Shown in pieces: positions 24,769-32,000 of a stretch of 32,000 bases of DNA. Location of the stretch: the NCBI RefSeq assembly GCF_000012925.1, contig NC_007517.1, forward strand, positions 3,090,001-3,122,000, read 5' to 3'. The number at the start of each line of letters is the position of its first letter. Within the stretch, counting starts at the first letter, position 1. The DNA is from Geobacter metallireducens GS-15 (GTDB taxonomy: Bacteria; Desulfobacterota; Desulfuromonadia; Geobacterales; Geobacteraceae). Made by a program: the position numbers and the translations under genes. The notes beneath the pieces are model-generated. The model worked only from the letters and a program-made list of their open reading frames with translations. It had not been told where the DNA came from and did no database searches.

Positions 24769-24789
24769 ATCCTCCCGAATGGAACATTT

Positions 24790-25074
24790 CTACCTGCTCA
24801 TCCCCCACAGCCGAACAAGCATGTCTGTTTTTCGTGAGCCCACACCGTGCCATAGCGAAACAAGTCCGATGTACTCTTCAGTCACTTCGTAGATGATGCA
24901 GTATTTCACCGGGCCGGAATCGACATACAACTCTTTCAGCACCACCTGTTGGCCGGCAAGCAGATAGGGCGCATCGACACCGGCAAAGTTGTTTGCGCAG
25001 AGGAGCTTTTTCCAGCGAACGCTTAAGCGGACGTTTTGCCATTCCGCAGCTCTCTTCTTAAAGTATCGAAGAAT
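24790..25074 (-). pseudogene. ParE/RelE-family toxin-like ORF with no canonical start codon
   Basis: The open frame runs from TGA-TGA-ATT to TAG. It translates as ILRYFKKRAAEWQNVRLSVRWKKLLCANNFAGVDAPYLLAGQQVVLKELYVDSGPVKYCIIYEVTEEYIGLVSLWHGVGSRKTDML... The tail has a ParE-like hydrophobic-strand...H-G...R pattern. No ATG, GTG or TTG occurs before residue ~44. It overlaps the antitoxin 3' end by 52 nt. Confidence 0.45.
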
Positions 25075-25298
25075 TCATCATTTTCCGAAACGACCGTGCC
25101 CAACCCGGAACGAAGTTCGTACCAGCCCCGCTCAACCAAATCGAAGAACTCCTTCTGCTCATCGGCGTGCCGCACGTACATACGCAACGAGTCCCGGAGC
25201 ACGTCCTGCTCGTTGCGTCCTTCCCGTTGAGCAATCCGCTTCAGGTTCATGCTGTCGGTTTCATCAAGCCTGAGCCCCATTTGTCTGCTGCTTCCCAT
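25023..25298 (-). CDS. Ribbon-helix-helix antitoxin, ParD-like
   Basis: The RHH region is MGLRLDETDSMNLKRIAQREGRNEQDVLRDSLRMYV. The C-terminal helical region (ERGWYELRSG...FFDTLRRELR) resembles ParD-type antitoxins. I chose the ATG at 25298, which has a GAAGGTG SD; the track start is 25340. Confidence 0.65.
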   Translation of the reverse strand: MGSSRQMGLRLDETDSMNLKRIAQREGRNEQDVLRDSLRMYVRHADEQKEFFDLVERGWYELRSGLGTVVSENDEFFDTLRRELRNGKTSA

Positions 25299-25336
25299 AC
25301 ATTTCACCTTCCCGGTATCATTAATACCGATACACA

Positions 25337-25780
25337 TCACCGCATACCAGCCGACAAGATATCTATCTCCACTATCCAGAGGGCCAACGTCGGACGATAG
25401 TCAACCGTATGTCGCTGTTTCGCTGTTCGACAGGACAGAGCTAATCGGCGCGAAGTCTTTTTTCCGCGACCGGTCGAGCGCGTTGTCAGGCATGTCTCCC
25501 ATGTTTCGTGGATAGCTTCACGTACCACATCCGTCAGCCTCAATCCTTGAGCAAACTGTCTCAAAGCGTCGTTCATCAGCGTTTGATAGTTACCGCCGAT
25601 TATTTCAGCCCGAGCTTTGAATGTTGCCAGGACGTCGTTGTCAACACGCATCGTTATGCGGGATTTGCCGCCGGTCTCGGCCTGAAATTTCGCCAGGACA
25701 GGCGTTTCACTGACCGGTTCTGCGTCTGTAAAATCAAGGTCTTTGTATTTGTCGTACATTTTGTCAGAACTGACTTTCAT
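25337..25780 (-). CDS. BrnA-type (CopG/RHH) antitoxin with an atypically long C-terminal tail
   Basis: DLDFTDAEPV...PVLAKFQAETGGKSRITMRVDNDVLATFKARAEIIGGNYQTLMNDALRQF is the characteristic BrnA pattern. The ORF then runs ~55 aa further (147 aa in total). Confidence 0.7.
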   Translation of the reverse strand: MKVSSDKMYDKYKDLDFTDAEPVSETPVLAKFQAETGGKSRITMRVDNDVLATFKARAEIIGGNYQTLMNDALRQFAQGLRLTDVVREAIHETWETCLTTRSTGRGKKTSRRLALSCRTAKQRHTVDYRPTLALWIVEIDILSAGMR

Positions 25781-25847
25781 AGCGTCTCCGTTGCGGCTCG
25801 TTGGCCTTCCAGGCTGAGATCAGCCGTATCGTTTCCTCTCTATGACT
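25764..25847 (-). pseudogene. BrnT (DUF497) toxin C-terminal stub
   Basis: The frame reads SHREETIRLISAWKANEPQRRRYESQF*. This matches the BrnT C-terminal pattern ...IR(I/L)ISAR.A...ER..Y. The stop overlaps the brnA start by 17 nt, as in intact brnTA pairs. The upstream ~65 aa of a normal BrnT is absent, because the 168-aa gene ends at 25850. Confidence 0.5.
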
Positions 25848-25849
25848 GT

Positions 25850-26356
25850 TCAGATCTTGCGGCTGTCGTAAGCCCAGTGCAACAATGCCTGGCGCTGTTT
25901 TCTCCGGCAATCCAGGTCTCCCGGAACACAATTCAACCTCAACTGCGCACTATGCCTTCTCATGGCTTTCCACCGGCCGATCTGCCGGGCATCATCCGCA
26001 CATCTCCGCCCCATGAAGTAGCGGCAATACCACTGGAACCACCCCCGGGGGTCTTCGTGATAGATCCACCCCCTGGCCCGCCAGTAGGACAACGGCTTGG
26101 AGGCGTTGACGCCGAAATGGTTCAATTCAGGAACGTGGCGTTCGTGACAGAGCTTGGCATTGGTAAACCACTCTTCAGGAAACTCGTCGATACAGTCTGT
26201 CATGTACTTCCCGCCGAAAACGCCCAGCTCAAGCATCTCCCTTGGCGTCAGTTCGGGCTTGAATTCCGGATGGAAATTCATGCCCACCGGTTCTGACAGC
26301 GTATAGATGTAGTTCCTCTGCATGAGGTCGTCCACGACAACGTATATTTGATCCAT
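25850..26356 (-). CDS. Conserved-looking hypothetical protein (168 aa), family not recognised
   Basis: The ORF has distinctive Trp/Arg-rich motifs (DPRGWFQWYCRYFMGRRCADDARQIGRW). It starts at the ATG at 26356; the track's GTG at 26383 overlaps the upstream stop. Confidence 0.65.
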   Translation of the reverse strand: MDQIYVVVDDLMQRNYIYTLSEPVGMNFHPEFKPELTPREMLELGVFGGKYMTDCIDEFPEEWFTNAKLCHERHVPELNHFGVNASKPLSYWRARGWIYHEDPRGWFQWYCRYFMGRRCADDARQIGRWKAMRRHSAQLRLNCVPGDLDCRRKQRQALLHWAYDSRKI

Positions 26357-26379
26357 GGTCAGTCTCTTTCTGCCACAGT

Positions 26380-27351
26380 TCACACATGGTTGCGCAGCAT
26401 CAGCTCGGCCGGATGAGGCGACAGGTAGTACTGCTGCTGCAGGTAGCTCTGACCGTACTTGCCGACGTAATGCTTCAACAGGGTAAGCGGAACAATGAGG
26501 GGGACCAGCCGGTCGTGATATTCCTTGATGACCCCGAGTAGTTCTTCCTTTTCAGCAGGGCTCAGATCCCGCTTGAAATAGCCCATGATATGCGTCAGCA
26601 CGTTGGTGTTCTTCTTGACCGTGGCATGCAGGGCAAGGGCCTTCATGAAGAGCGCTTCGTAGCTTTGGGCCAGCTCGGGCCAAGACATCCCTTTGCCGTG
26701 CGCCACCAGGCTTCCCATTTCCCGGTAGATGCTGGTGCTGTGGGCCAGGATGAGCAGCTTGTGACGGGCATGGAAAGTCACCAGGTGGCCCAGGTCGGGA
26801 CTGTCCAGCAGGAAATCCTTCCAGCGGCGGTAGCAGAAGATCCGCTCGATGAAATTTTCCCGGATGGCCGCGTCATTGAGCCTCCCCTCTTCCTCTGCCG
26901 GAAGAAGAGGGAAATGCTTGACCACTGCTGCGGCAAACAGGCCGCTGCCGCTCCTGGTCGGCATCCCCTCGTTGTGAACCTTGACCCGAAACAGGCCTGA
27001 ACTGGGGGAATCTTTCTTGAAGATGAAACCGCACAACTCTTCATCCGCCAATTCCGTAACCTTTTGCTTACAGAAGGCGCGCATCTGTTCGGTCTTGTCG
27101 ATGCGGGTCTTGTTCGTCACGAGCCGGGGGTGCTCGGGGTCTCCCTCAAGGCGCATTGCCTCGCGAGGGACCGGCATGCCGCAGCCGACCTCCGGGCAGA
27201 CCGGCACGAAGGTGAAGAACTTGCCCAGTACGTCGGTTATGTAGTGATCGTGCTTGTGGCCGCCGTCATAGCGCACCTTCTCTCCCAGGAGGCAGGAACT
27301 GACGCCAACCTTTATCGGTCTGTTCCAGTTGACCGCCTCAGGCATAAACAT
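26380..27351 (-). CDS. DUF523 (TudS-like 2-thiouracil desulfurase family) fused to DUF1722 (YbgA-like)
   Basis: The N-terminus VGVSSCLLGEKVRYDGGHK...PVCPEVGCGMPVPRE...SPSSG is the DUF523 Cys pattern. The C-terminal half (FHARHKLLILAHS...Y..LG...) is YbgA-like. The ATG at 27351 or 27345 overlaps the E1-alpha stop by 14 or 8 nt. Confidence 0.8.
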   Translation of the reverse strand: MFMPEAVNWNRPIKVGVSSCLLGEKVRYDGGHKHDHYITDVLGKFFTFVPVCPEVGCGMPVPREAMRLEGDPEHPRLVTNKTRIDKTEQMRAFCKQKVTELADEELCGFIFKKDSPSSGLFRVKVHNEGMPTRSGSGLFAAAVVKHFPLLPAEEEGRLNDAAIRENFIERIFCYRRWKDFLLDSPDLGHLVTFHARHKLLILAHSTSIYREMGSLVAHGKGMSWPELAQSYEALFMKALALHATVKKNTNVLTHIMGYFKRDLSPAEKEELLGVIKEYHDRLVPLIVPLTLLKHYVGKYGQSYLQQQYYLSPHPAELMLRNHV

Positions 27352-28315
27352 CTTCCCACACCTCACTATCCTCGGGCCACGGCGAATCCTCGGCAAACTT
27401 CACCGCATCGGCCACCGTCACCAGGGCCTGCTGTTTGATCCCCTCCAGCTGGGCCTCGGTGGCTATCTCTTCCTCCACCAGCCGGTTCGCGAAGGCCGGG
27501 ATGGGGTCGCGGCTCTTCCACAGCTCCACCTCGGCAAGGCTGCGGTATTTGCCCGGATCGGACATGGAGTGCCCCCGGAACCGGTAGGTGATCGCCTCGA
27601 TGAGGAAGGGGCGGTTCTGCTCCCGCACCCACTCGGCCGCCCATTTGACCGCCTCGTACACCGCGATCACGTCCATGCCGTGAACCCGCTCCGACGGGAT
27701 GTCGTAGCCGCAGGTCCGCCGGTGGATGTCAGGGAGTGCCGATGCCCTCTCCACGGAGGTGCCGATGCCGTAACTGTTGTTCTCGCAGATGAAGAGGACC
27801 GGCAGTTCCCAGAGCCGGGCCCAGTTGAGTGATTCGTGGAACGTTCCCTGGTTCGCGGCGCCGTCGCCGAAGAAACAGGCGACGATCCGTCCCTCCTTCC
27901 GGAATTTGGCGGCAAAGGCGAGCCCCACGGCGATGGGGAACTGGCCGCCGACAATGGCGTATCCCCCCATGAAGGAGAGATTCGGGTCGAAGAGGTGCAT
28001 GGAGCCCCCCTTCCCCTTGCAGATGCCGGTCCGCTTGCCGAAGAGCTCGGCCATGACCCGCCGCGGCTCGGCCCCCCGGACGATGGCCTGGGCGTGTTCC
28101 CGGTAGGCGGAGAGGATGTAGTCGTCCCGGTGGAGGCCGGCGGTGGCCCCCACGGCCACGGCCTCCTGGCCGCTGTAGAGGTGGAGGAAGCCGGTGATGT
28201 GCCCCTTGGTGTACTGTTCGGCGCACGACTCCTCGAACTCGCGGGAAAGGACCATCTGTTCGTACATCCTGATAAGTTCGGCGTCGGGGAGAAGGGCGCG
28301 GAGTTTCGATTCCAT
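27338..28315 (-). CDS. 2-oxoacid (pyruvate/acetoin-type) dehydrogenase E1 alpha subunit (TPP-binding)
   Basis: MESKLRALLPDAELIRMYEQMVLSREFEE...GFLHLYSGQEAV...GGSMH...GDGA.NQG...E.LN.A.LW.LPV.F.CENN.Y is the E1-alpha TPP motif pattern. The ATG at 28315 has a GAGG SD. Confidence 0.95.
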   Translation of the reverse strand: MESKLRALLPDAELIRMYEQMVLSREFEESCAEQYTKGHITGFLHLYSGQEAVAVGATAGLHRDDYILSAYREHAQAIVRGAEPRRVMAELFGKRTGICKGKGGSMHLFDPNLSFMGGYAIVGGQFPIAVGLAFAAKFRKEGRIVACFFGDGAANQGTFHESLNWARLWELPVLFICENNSYGIGTSVERASALPDIHRRTCGYDIPSERVHGMDVIAVYEAVKWAAEWVREQNRPFLIEAITYRFRGHSMSDPGKYRSLAEVELWKSRDPIPAFANRLVEEEIATEAQLEGIKQQALVTVADAVKFAEDSPWPEDSEVWEDVYA

Positions 28316-28331
28316 GGGGACCTCGCTATCC

Positions 28332-28350
28332 GGGCGGGTAGTGCCCGCCC
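28332..28350 (-). other. GC hairpin between the truncated kinase gene and E1-alpha
   Basis: GGGCGGG-nnnnn-CCCGCCC is a 7-bp stem. No U-tract follows on the minus strand, so terminator function is uncertain. Confidence 0.4.
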
Positions 28351-28371
28351 TTGGGGGCAAACTCGGTGAGT

Positions 28372-29592
28372 TCAGCGTATTCTTTCAACCTGGGCCTGCT
28401 CCAGCAGGCTGTCGATGTGGAGTTTCATGCGCTGGATTTCCGCCACGATTCGCTCCAGGCACTGCTCCCCCCCTTCGCCGATCTGCCCGGCATGATCTTC
28501 CGCAAGGATGCGGCTGAAACTCTCCATATGCCGCAGGGGGGCCCGCAGGTCATGGGAGACCGAATAGCTGAAGGACTCCAGTTCCCGGTTGGAGTTCTCG
28601 AGCTGCACCGTCCGCTCGGTGACCCGCAGTTCAAGGTCGGCATTGAGGCGGCGCAACTCGTCCTCGGCACGCTGCCGCTCCCGGATTTGCGCCTCCAGCT
28701 GCCGGTTGGCCTTCTCCAGGTCCGCCGTCCGCAGGAGGACCTCGTGGCGGAGCTTTTCCGGTTGTCTCAGCATGAGATAGGCGAGAAGCGCCAGGATGCC
28801 GCTGATGCCGCCAACCATGAGGTATTCCACGTAAAGGAACGGGGAAGTCTGCCACCCCTGTTTCGGCGCCACGGCCAGCTTCCAGGTGCCGTTGGGGACG
28901 TCGATGGTGCTTTCCACCGGCGCCTGGAGCGGTCCGTCAGAGCGGGCAATGGATTCCCACCGGCCCGTGTCCGGGTTGAGCCTGGTGAGCTCATACCCGT
29001 ACCCCCCCTTATCGAGAGCTTCCAGATTGCTTGCGGCGAGGAGGTCCCGGAGGCGCATCAAGACATTGACGAAGCCCCAGAAACGCTCCCCCCTGCCCGG
29101 TTCGGGGAGAAAAACCGCCAGCCTGCCAACGGCTCCTACCCCCCCTTGCCTCAGCTCGAAGGGGCCGGCAAGGGTCATCTGCCGGCTCTCGATCGCCCGT
29201 TGCGCCTCGGTGCGACGGAGGGGGTCGCTGAGGAGGTCGTGGCCTATGGCCTTTTCGTTGCCGGCAAGGGGGTAGATGGTGGTCATGACCCCGGCCGGGG
29301 CGAGTTGCAGGCTGCTGATACCGCCGTAGGTCCGGATCATCTCGGCAGCGAGGGCATCAAAGTCCTTAATGGTGCCGGCCTGGCGCAGAATGGCGGCAAG
29401 GGCGTAGGTGGCGGAGAGGGAGCCGGATATCTGGCGCTCCAGCGAAAAGGCGGCACCCGCGGCGAGCTGGGCCACGTTCCGGCGCTGCTCGCGGCAACGC
29501 CCTTCTTCCACCTGGCGCACGAAGACCGACCCGGCTCCCAGAAACAAAGCGAAGAGCAGGATCGCCCCCCGTATCGGACCGCCATGCTTCAT
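28372..29592 (-). CDS. CHASE-type periplasmic sensor plus TM plus coiled coil plus HisKA(DHp) protein lacking an HATPase_c domain
   Basis: It is a paralog of the next gene: [18 protein letters not shown]...RAIESR...[11 protein letters not shown]... with H-box [19 protein letters not shown]. The ORF ends at ...[11 protein letters not shown], right after the DHp, and has no N, G1 or G2 boxes. Confidence 0.85.
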   Translation of the reverse strand: MKHGGPIRGAILLFALFLGAGSVFVRQVEEGRCREQRRNVAQLAAGAAFSLERQISGSLSATYALAAILRQAGTIKDFDALAAEMIRTYGGISSLQLAPAGVMTTIYPLAGNEKAIGHDLLSDPLRRTEAQRAIESRQMTLAGPFELRQGGVGAVGRLAVFLPEPGRGERFWGFVNVLMRLRDLLAASNLEALDKGGYGYELTRLNPDTGRWESIARSDGPLQAPVESTIDVPNGTWKLAVAPKQGWQTSPFLYVEYLMVGGISGILALLAYLMLRQPEKLRHEVLLRTADLEKANRQLEAQIRERQRAEDELRRLNADLELRVTERTVQLENSNRELESFSYSVSHDLRAPLRHMESFSRILAEDHAGQIGEGGEQCLERIVAEIQRMKLHIDSLLEQAQVERIR

Positions 29593-29613
29593 GGCCGAAT
29601 CCTCCCCATGCCA

Positions 29614-31305
29614 CTACTCCTCGCCCAGGGTAAAGAAGAAGGTGGCTCCACGGCCGACCGCCCCCTCCGCCCAAATCCGCCCCCCGTGACGGAGGATTAT
29701 CCGCCGCACCGTGGCCAGGCCGACGCCGGTCCCCTCGAACTCCGCGGCGCCGTGCAGCCGCTGGAACACGCCGAAGAGCCTGTCGGCGTATTTCATGTCG
29801 AAGCCGGCGCCGTTGTCCCGGACGAAAAAAAACCGCTCCCCCTCCTCGGCCTCCACCCCGAATTCGATCAGCGCCCCCTCTTTTCCCCCGGTATATTTCC
29901 AGGCATTGCCCAGAAGGTTTTCCAGGGCAACCCGCAGAAGCCCCGCATCGCCCGGCGCCATAACCCCGTCGGCAATACGGAAGGTCACGGAGCGGCCAGG
30001 ATCGCCCCCCTGGAGATCCGCGGCGATTTCCCGGGCCATGGCGCCAAGATCGACGCTCTGGCGAACCAGTTCGCCGGCGCTCACCCGGGACAACTCGTGG
30101 AGATGGCCGATGAGCTCCTTCATCCGGTCACCGGCCTTGCATATCCGCATCAGGATCTGCATGCCGTTTTCGTCCAGGGAGCCGGCGTGCTCTTCCCTGA
30201 GGGTCCGGGTAAAGCCTTCAATGGTGTTCAGAGGCGCCCGAAGGTCGTGGGAAACCGAATAGGTGAACAATTCCAGCTCCTGGTTGACGGCCGCCAACTG
30301 GGAAGTCCTCTCGGCAACCCGCTGCTCCAGATCGGCATTGAGACGCCGAACCTCCTCCTCGACCCGCGCCCGCTCCCGTGCTTCCTCTTCGAGACGCCCC
30401 CTGGCCGTCTGGAGCTCGGCCGTCCGTTTTGCCACTTCGATCCGCAACAGCGCCGGCTGCCGCTGGAACAGGTAGGCAAGACTCCCCATCGCCAGGCTGA
30501 CCAGGATAACCGTGGCGCCGTACCACACTATTCCCGAGCGCGTGAGCCATCCCCCCGACGGCGACACCGAGAGTACCCATTTCCCGTTGGGCACGTCGAA
30601 GGCAAACTCCACCGGATCTGCCAGGAGAGTCCCCCCCCCTTGGGCAACTACAATTTTTTCACCGCTGCCGGGATGGAGGCGGGATACCCGATACGCATAG
30701 CCGTTTTTTGCGAGAAGGTTCAGGTTGCTGGCGTCCATAAGGGTCCGCAGCCGGATGATGGCCGCCGTAAACCCCCAGAACCGCTCGCCTCCCCGGCCGT
30801 CGGAAAGGAACACCGCCTGCCGCCCCACAACCGCCTTCCCCCCCTGTTTGAGCTCGAAGGGACCATCGAGGGAAAGCCGGCGGGACTCGATGGCCCGCAG
30901 CGCTTCGAAGCTGCGAACAGGGTCCCGGAGGATGTCGAACCCGACGGCCTTTTCGTTGCCGGCAAGGGGGTAGACCTCGGTTATGACCCCCTCGGGCACC
31001 AGCTGGAGAGTGTCGATGCCGCCGTAGACCTTGATCATCTCCGCCGCCAGGGAGGCGAAATTCTCAATTCTGCCCTGTTGTCGGAGGATGGCGGCCAGGG
31101 CGTTGGTGGCCGACAGGGAGCGAAAAAGCTGATGATCAAGGGAATGGGCCGCGTTGGCGGCAATCTGGGACACGGTTTGGCGGTACTCCTGCTTCCGCTC
31201 GCGCGCCAGCTCGCCGGCAAGTACCGCGCCCATCCCCATGAAAAGCGAAAATACCAGCAGTGCCCATAGGGTCGCTCTGTTCAGACTCACCGGCTTGTGC
31301 TCCAC
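29614..31305 (-). CDS. CHASE-type sensor histidine kinase (complete: sensor, TM, HisKA, HATPase_c)
   Basis: [18 protein letters not shown]...GPFELKQGG, H-box [20 protein letters not shown]-box LENLLGNAWKYT, and G-boxes DNGAGFD and GTGVGLATV. Confidence 0.9.
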   Translation of the reverse strand: MEHKPVSLNRATLWALLVFSLFMGMGAVLAGELARERKQEYRQTVSQIAANAAHSLDHQLFRSLSATNALAAILRQQGRIENFASLAAEMIKVYGGIDTLQLVPEGVITEVYPLAGNEKAVGFDILRDPVRSFEALRAIESRRLSLDGPFELKQGGKAVVGRQAVFLSDGRGGERFWGFTAAIIRLRTLMDASNLNLLAKNGYAYRVSRLHPGSGEKIVVAQGGGTLLADPVEFAFDVPNGKWVLSVSPSGGWLTRSGIVWYGATVILVSLAMGSLAYLFQRQPALLRIEVAKRTAELQTARGRLEEEARERARVEEEVRRLNADLEQRVAERTSQLAAVNQELELFTYSVSHDLRAPLNTIEGFTRTLREEHAGSLDENGMQILMRICKAGDRMKELIGHLHELSRVSAGELVRQSVDLGAMAREIAADLQGGDPGRSVTFRIADGVMAPGDAGLLRVALENLLGNAWKYTGGKEGALIEFGVEAEEGERFFFVRDNGAGFDMKYADRLFGVFQRLHGAAEFEGTGVGLATVRRIILRHGGRIWAEGAVGRGATFFFTLGEE

Positions 31306-31328
31306 GGCCCATCCATTCCCTTATGCCC

Positions 31329-32000
31329 TCACCCCTCCGTACCGCCTTTTTTCACAAAGTTCAGGGTCCCCCCGGCCAGAAGCTCCTGCCGCTGCCGGTC
31401 TGAGACCTCCAGAATGGTGACAATCTCCCGTCCGTCCACCCGCACCGGTATCTCTGCGGCGCCGGAGGCCACGAGCCGGCGCACATCGGGGAACACGAGG
31501 CGGTCCCCCTGCTTCACCAGGTCGTAGTCGGCGGGATTTCTGAACGTGAGGGGGAGGATGCCGAAGTTCACCAGGTTCGCCTTGTGGATCCGGGCGAAGC
31601 TCTTGACGATCTTGGCCCGGATGCCGAGATAGCGCGGCGCCAGGGCCGCATGCTCCCGGCTCGACCCCTGGCCGTAGTTCTCCCCGCCGATGACGACGCC
31701 GTTCCCCTTCTCCTTGGCCCGCTTGTGGAAATCGGGGTCCAGATGCTCGAAGACGAACTGGCTGATGGCCGGGATGTTGCTCCGGTAGGGGAGCACCTTA
31801 TTCCCCGCAGGCATGATGGTGTCGGTGGAGATATTGTCCCCCACGGTGAGGATGACCTCCGCCTCCAAGGTCTCGGGGAGGGGATCGTAGTCGGGGAACG
31901 GGATGATGTTGGGGCCGGTGACGATCTCCACCCGCTTCGCCTCCTCGGGGGGGAGGGGGAAGATGATGCTGGAGTCGTCCAGGATGTAGTTCTCAGGGTT
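31329..32000 (-). CDS. Aconitate hydratase family protein, C-terminal swivel domain (5' end beyond window)
   Basis: GDNISTDTI.PAG, GGENYGQGSSREHAA..P..LG..A...KSFARIH..NL.N.G..PL is the aconitase domain-4 pattern. The frame stays open upstream of the listed GTG (31931) to the window end (…NPENYILDDSSIIFPLPPEEAKR). Confidence 0.85.
   Translation of the reverse strand, partial: NPENYILDDSSIIFPLPPEEAKRVEIVTGPNIIPFPDYDPLPETLEAEVILTVGDNISTDTIMPAGNKVLPYRSNIPAISQFVFEHLDPDFHKRAKEKGNGVVIGGENYGQGSSREHAALAPRYLGIRAKIVKSFARIHKANLVNFGILPLTFRNPADYDLVKQGDRLVFPDVRRLVASGAAEIPVRVDGREIVTILEVSDRQRQELLAGGTLNFVKKGGTEG

Noticed and set aside
25341-25510. Small alternative-frame ORFs under the BrnA tail (e.g. MGDMPDNALDRSRKKDFAPISSVLSNSETATYG) as possible recombinase remnants
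   Set aside because: I could recognise no similarity to integrase or transposase motifs. They are too short and have no SD.
28351-31269. 972-aa plus-strand ORF
   Set aside because: It is antisense to the two CHASE kinase genes, which have clear domain motifs. Its composition is typical of a high-GC shadow frame.

Overview
The window is high-GC (about 60-65% on hand-counted lines) and gene-dense. Gene content looks like Deltaproteobacteria/Geobacter; that assignment is my inference, not verified.

Plus-strand block, 1.1-12.8 kb:
- A TonB-dependent receptor, a PF04392-type periplasmic binding protein and a HAMP histidine kinase form a trio.
- A cytoplasmic molybdopterin oxidoreductase is flanked by heptad-repeat and inverted-repeat elements.
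- cheV follows, with a near-consensus sigma28 promoter.
- Then come a GT2 glycosyltransferase, a convergent DAG-kinase-like lipid kinase, a Spy/CpxP-like periplasmic protein and a three-domain Ig-like lipoprotein.

Minus-strand array, 12.9-32 kb, in transcription order:
- aconitase (partial)
- two tandem CHASE sensor-kinase paralogs, the second lacking its ATPase domain
- E1-alpha of a 2-oxoacid (pyruvate/acetoin-type) dehydrogenase
- a ~3.6 kb mosaic insert
- E1-beta and E2
- a sigma54 promoter
- a corrinoid protein, a UroD/MT2-like protein and DUF1638
- a GAF histidine kinase and lipB
- a LonC-like protease

Three things stand out:
1. The insert between E1-alpha and E1-beta holds a DUF523-DUF1722 gene, an unknown 168-aa gene, two toxin-decayed TA modules (BrnA plus a BrnT stub; ParD-like plus a start-less ParE-like ORF) and a ~36% GC two-gene cassette. 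The cassette encodes a single-pass membrane protein and a coiled-coil protein, neither with any domain I recognise. It is bracketed by palindromes that share a core. This cassette is my best candidate for an undescribed accessory (defence or addiction-like) module.
2. At the left edge there is an unlisted 34-aa acidic-leader/Cys-Cys peptide gene with a strong SD. A hairpin attenuator and a radical-SAM (CxxxCxxC) enzyme follow it, which makes this a RiPP-type locus.
3. A corrinoid methyltransferase-like module, whose MT2 homolog lacks the usual Zn-ligand cysteines, is translationally chained into the dehydrogenase/lipB operon.

I found no rRNA, tRNA, CRISPR array, transposase or integrase. The many long ORFs antisense to real genes are GC-driven shadow ORFs.
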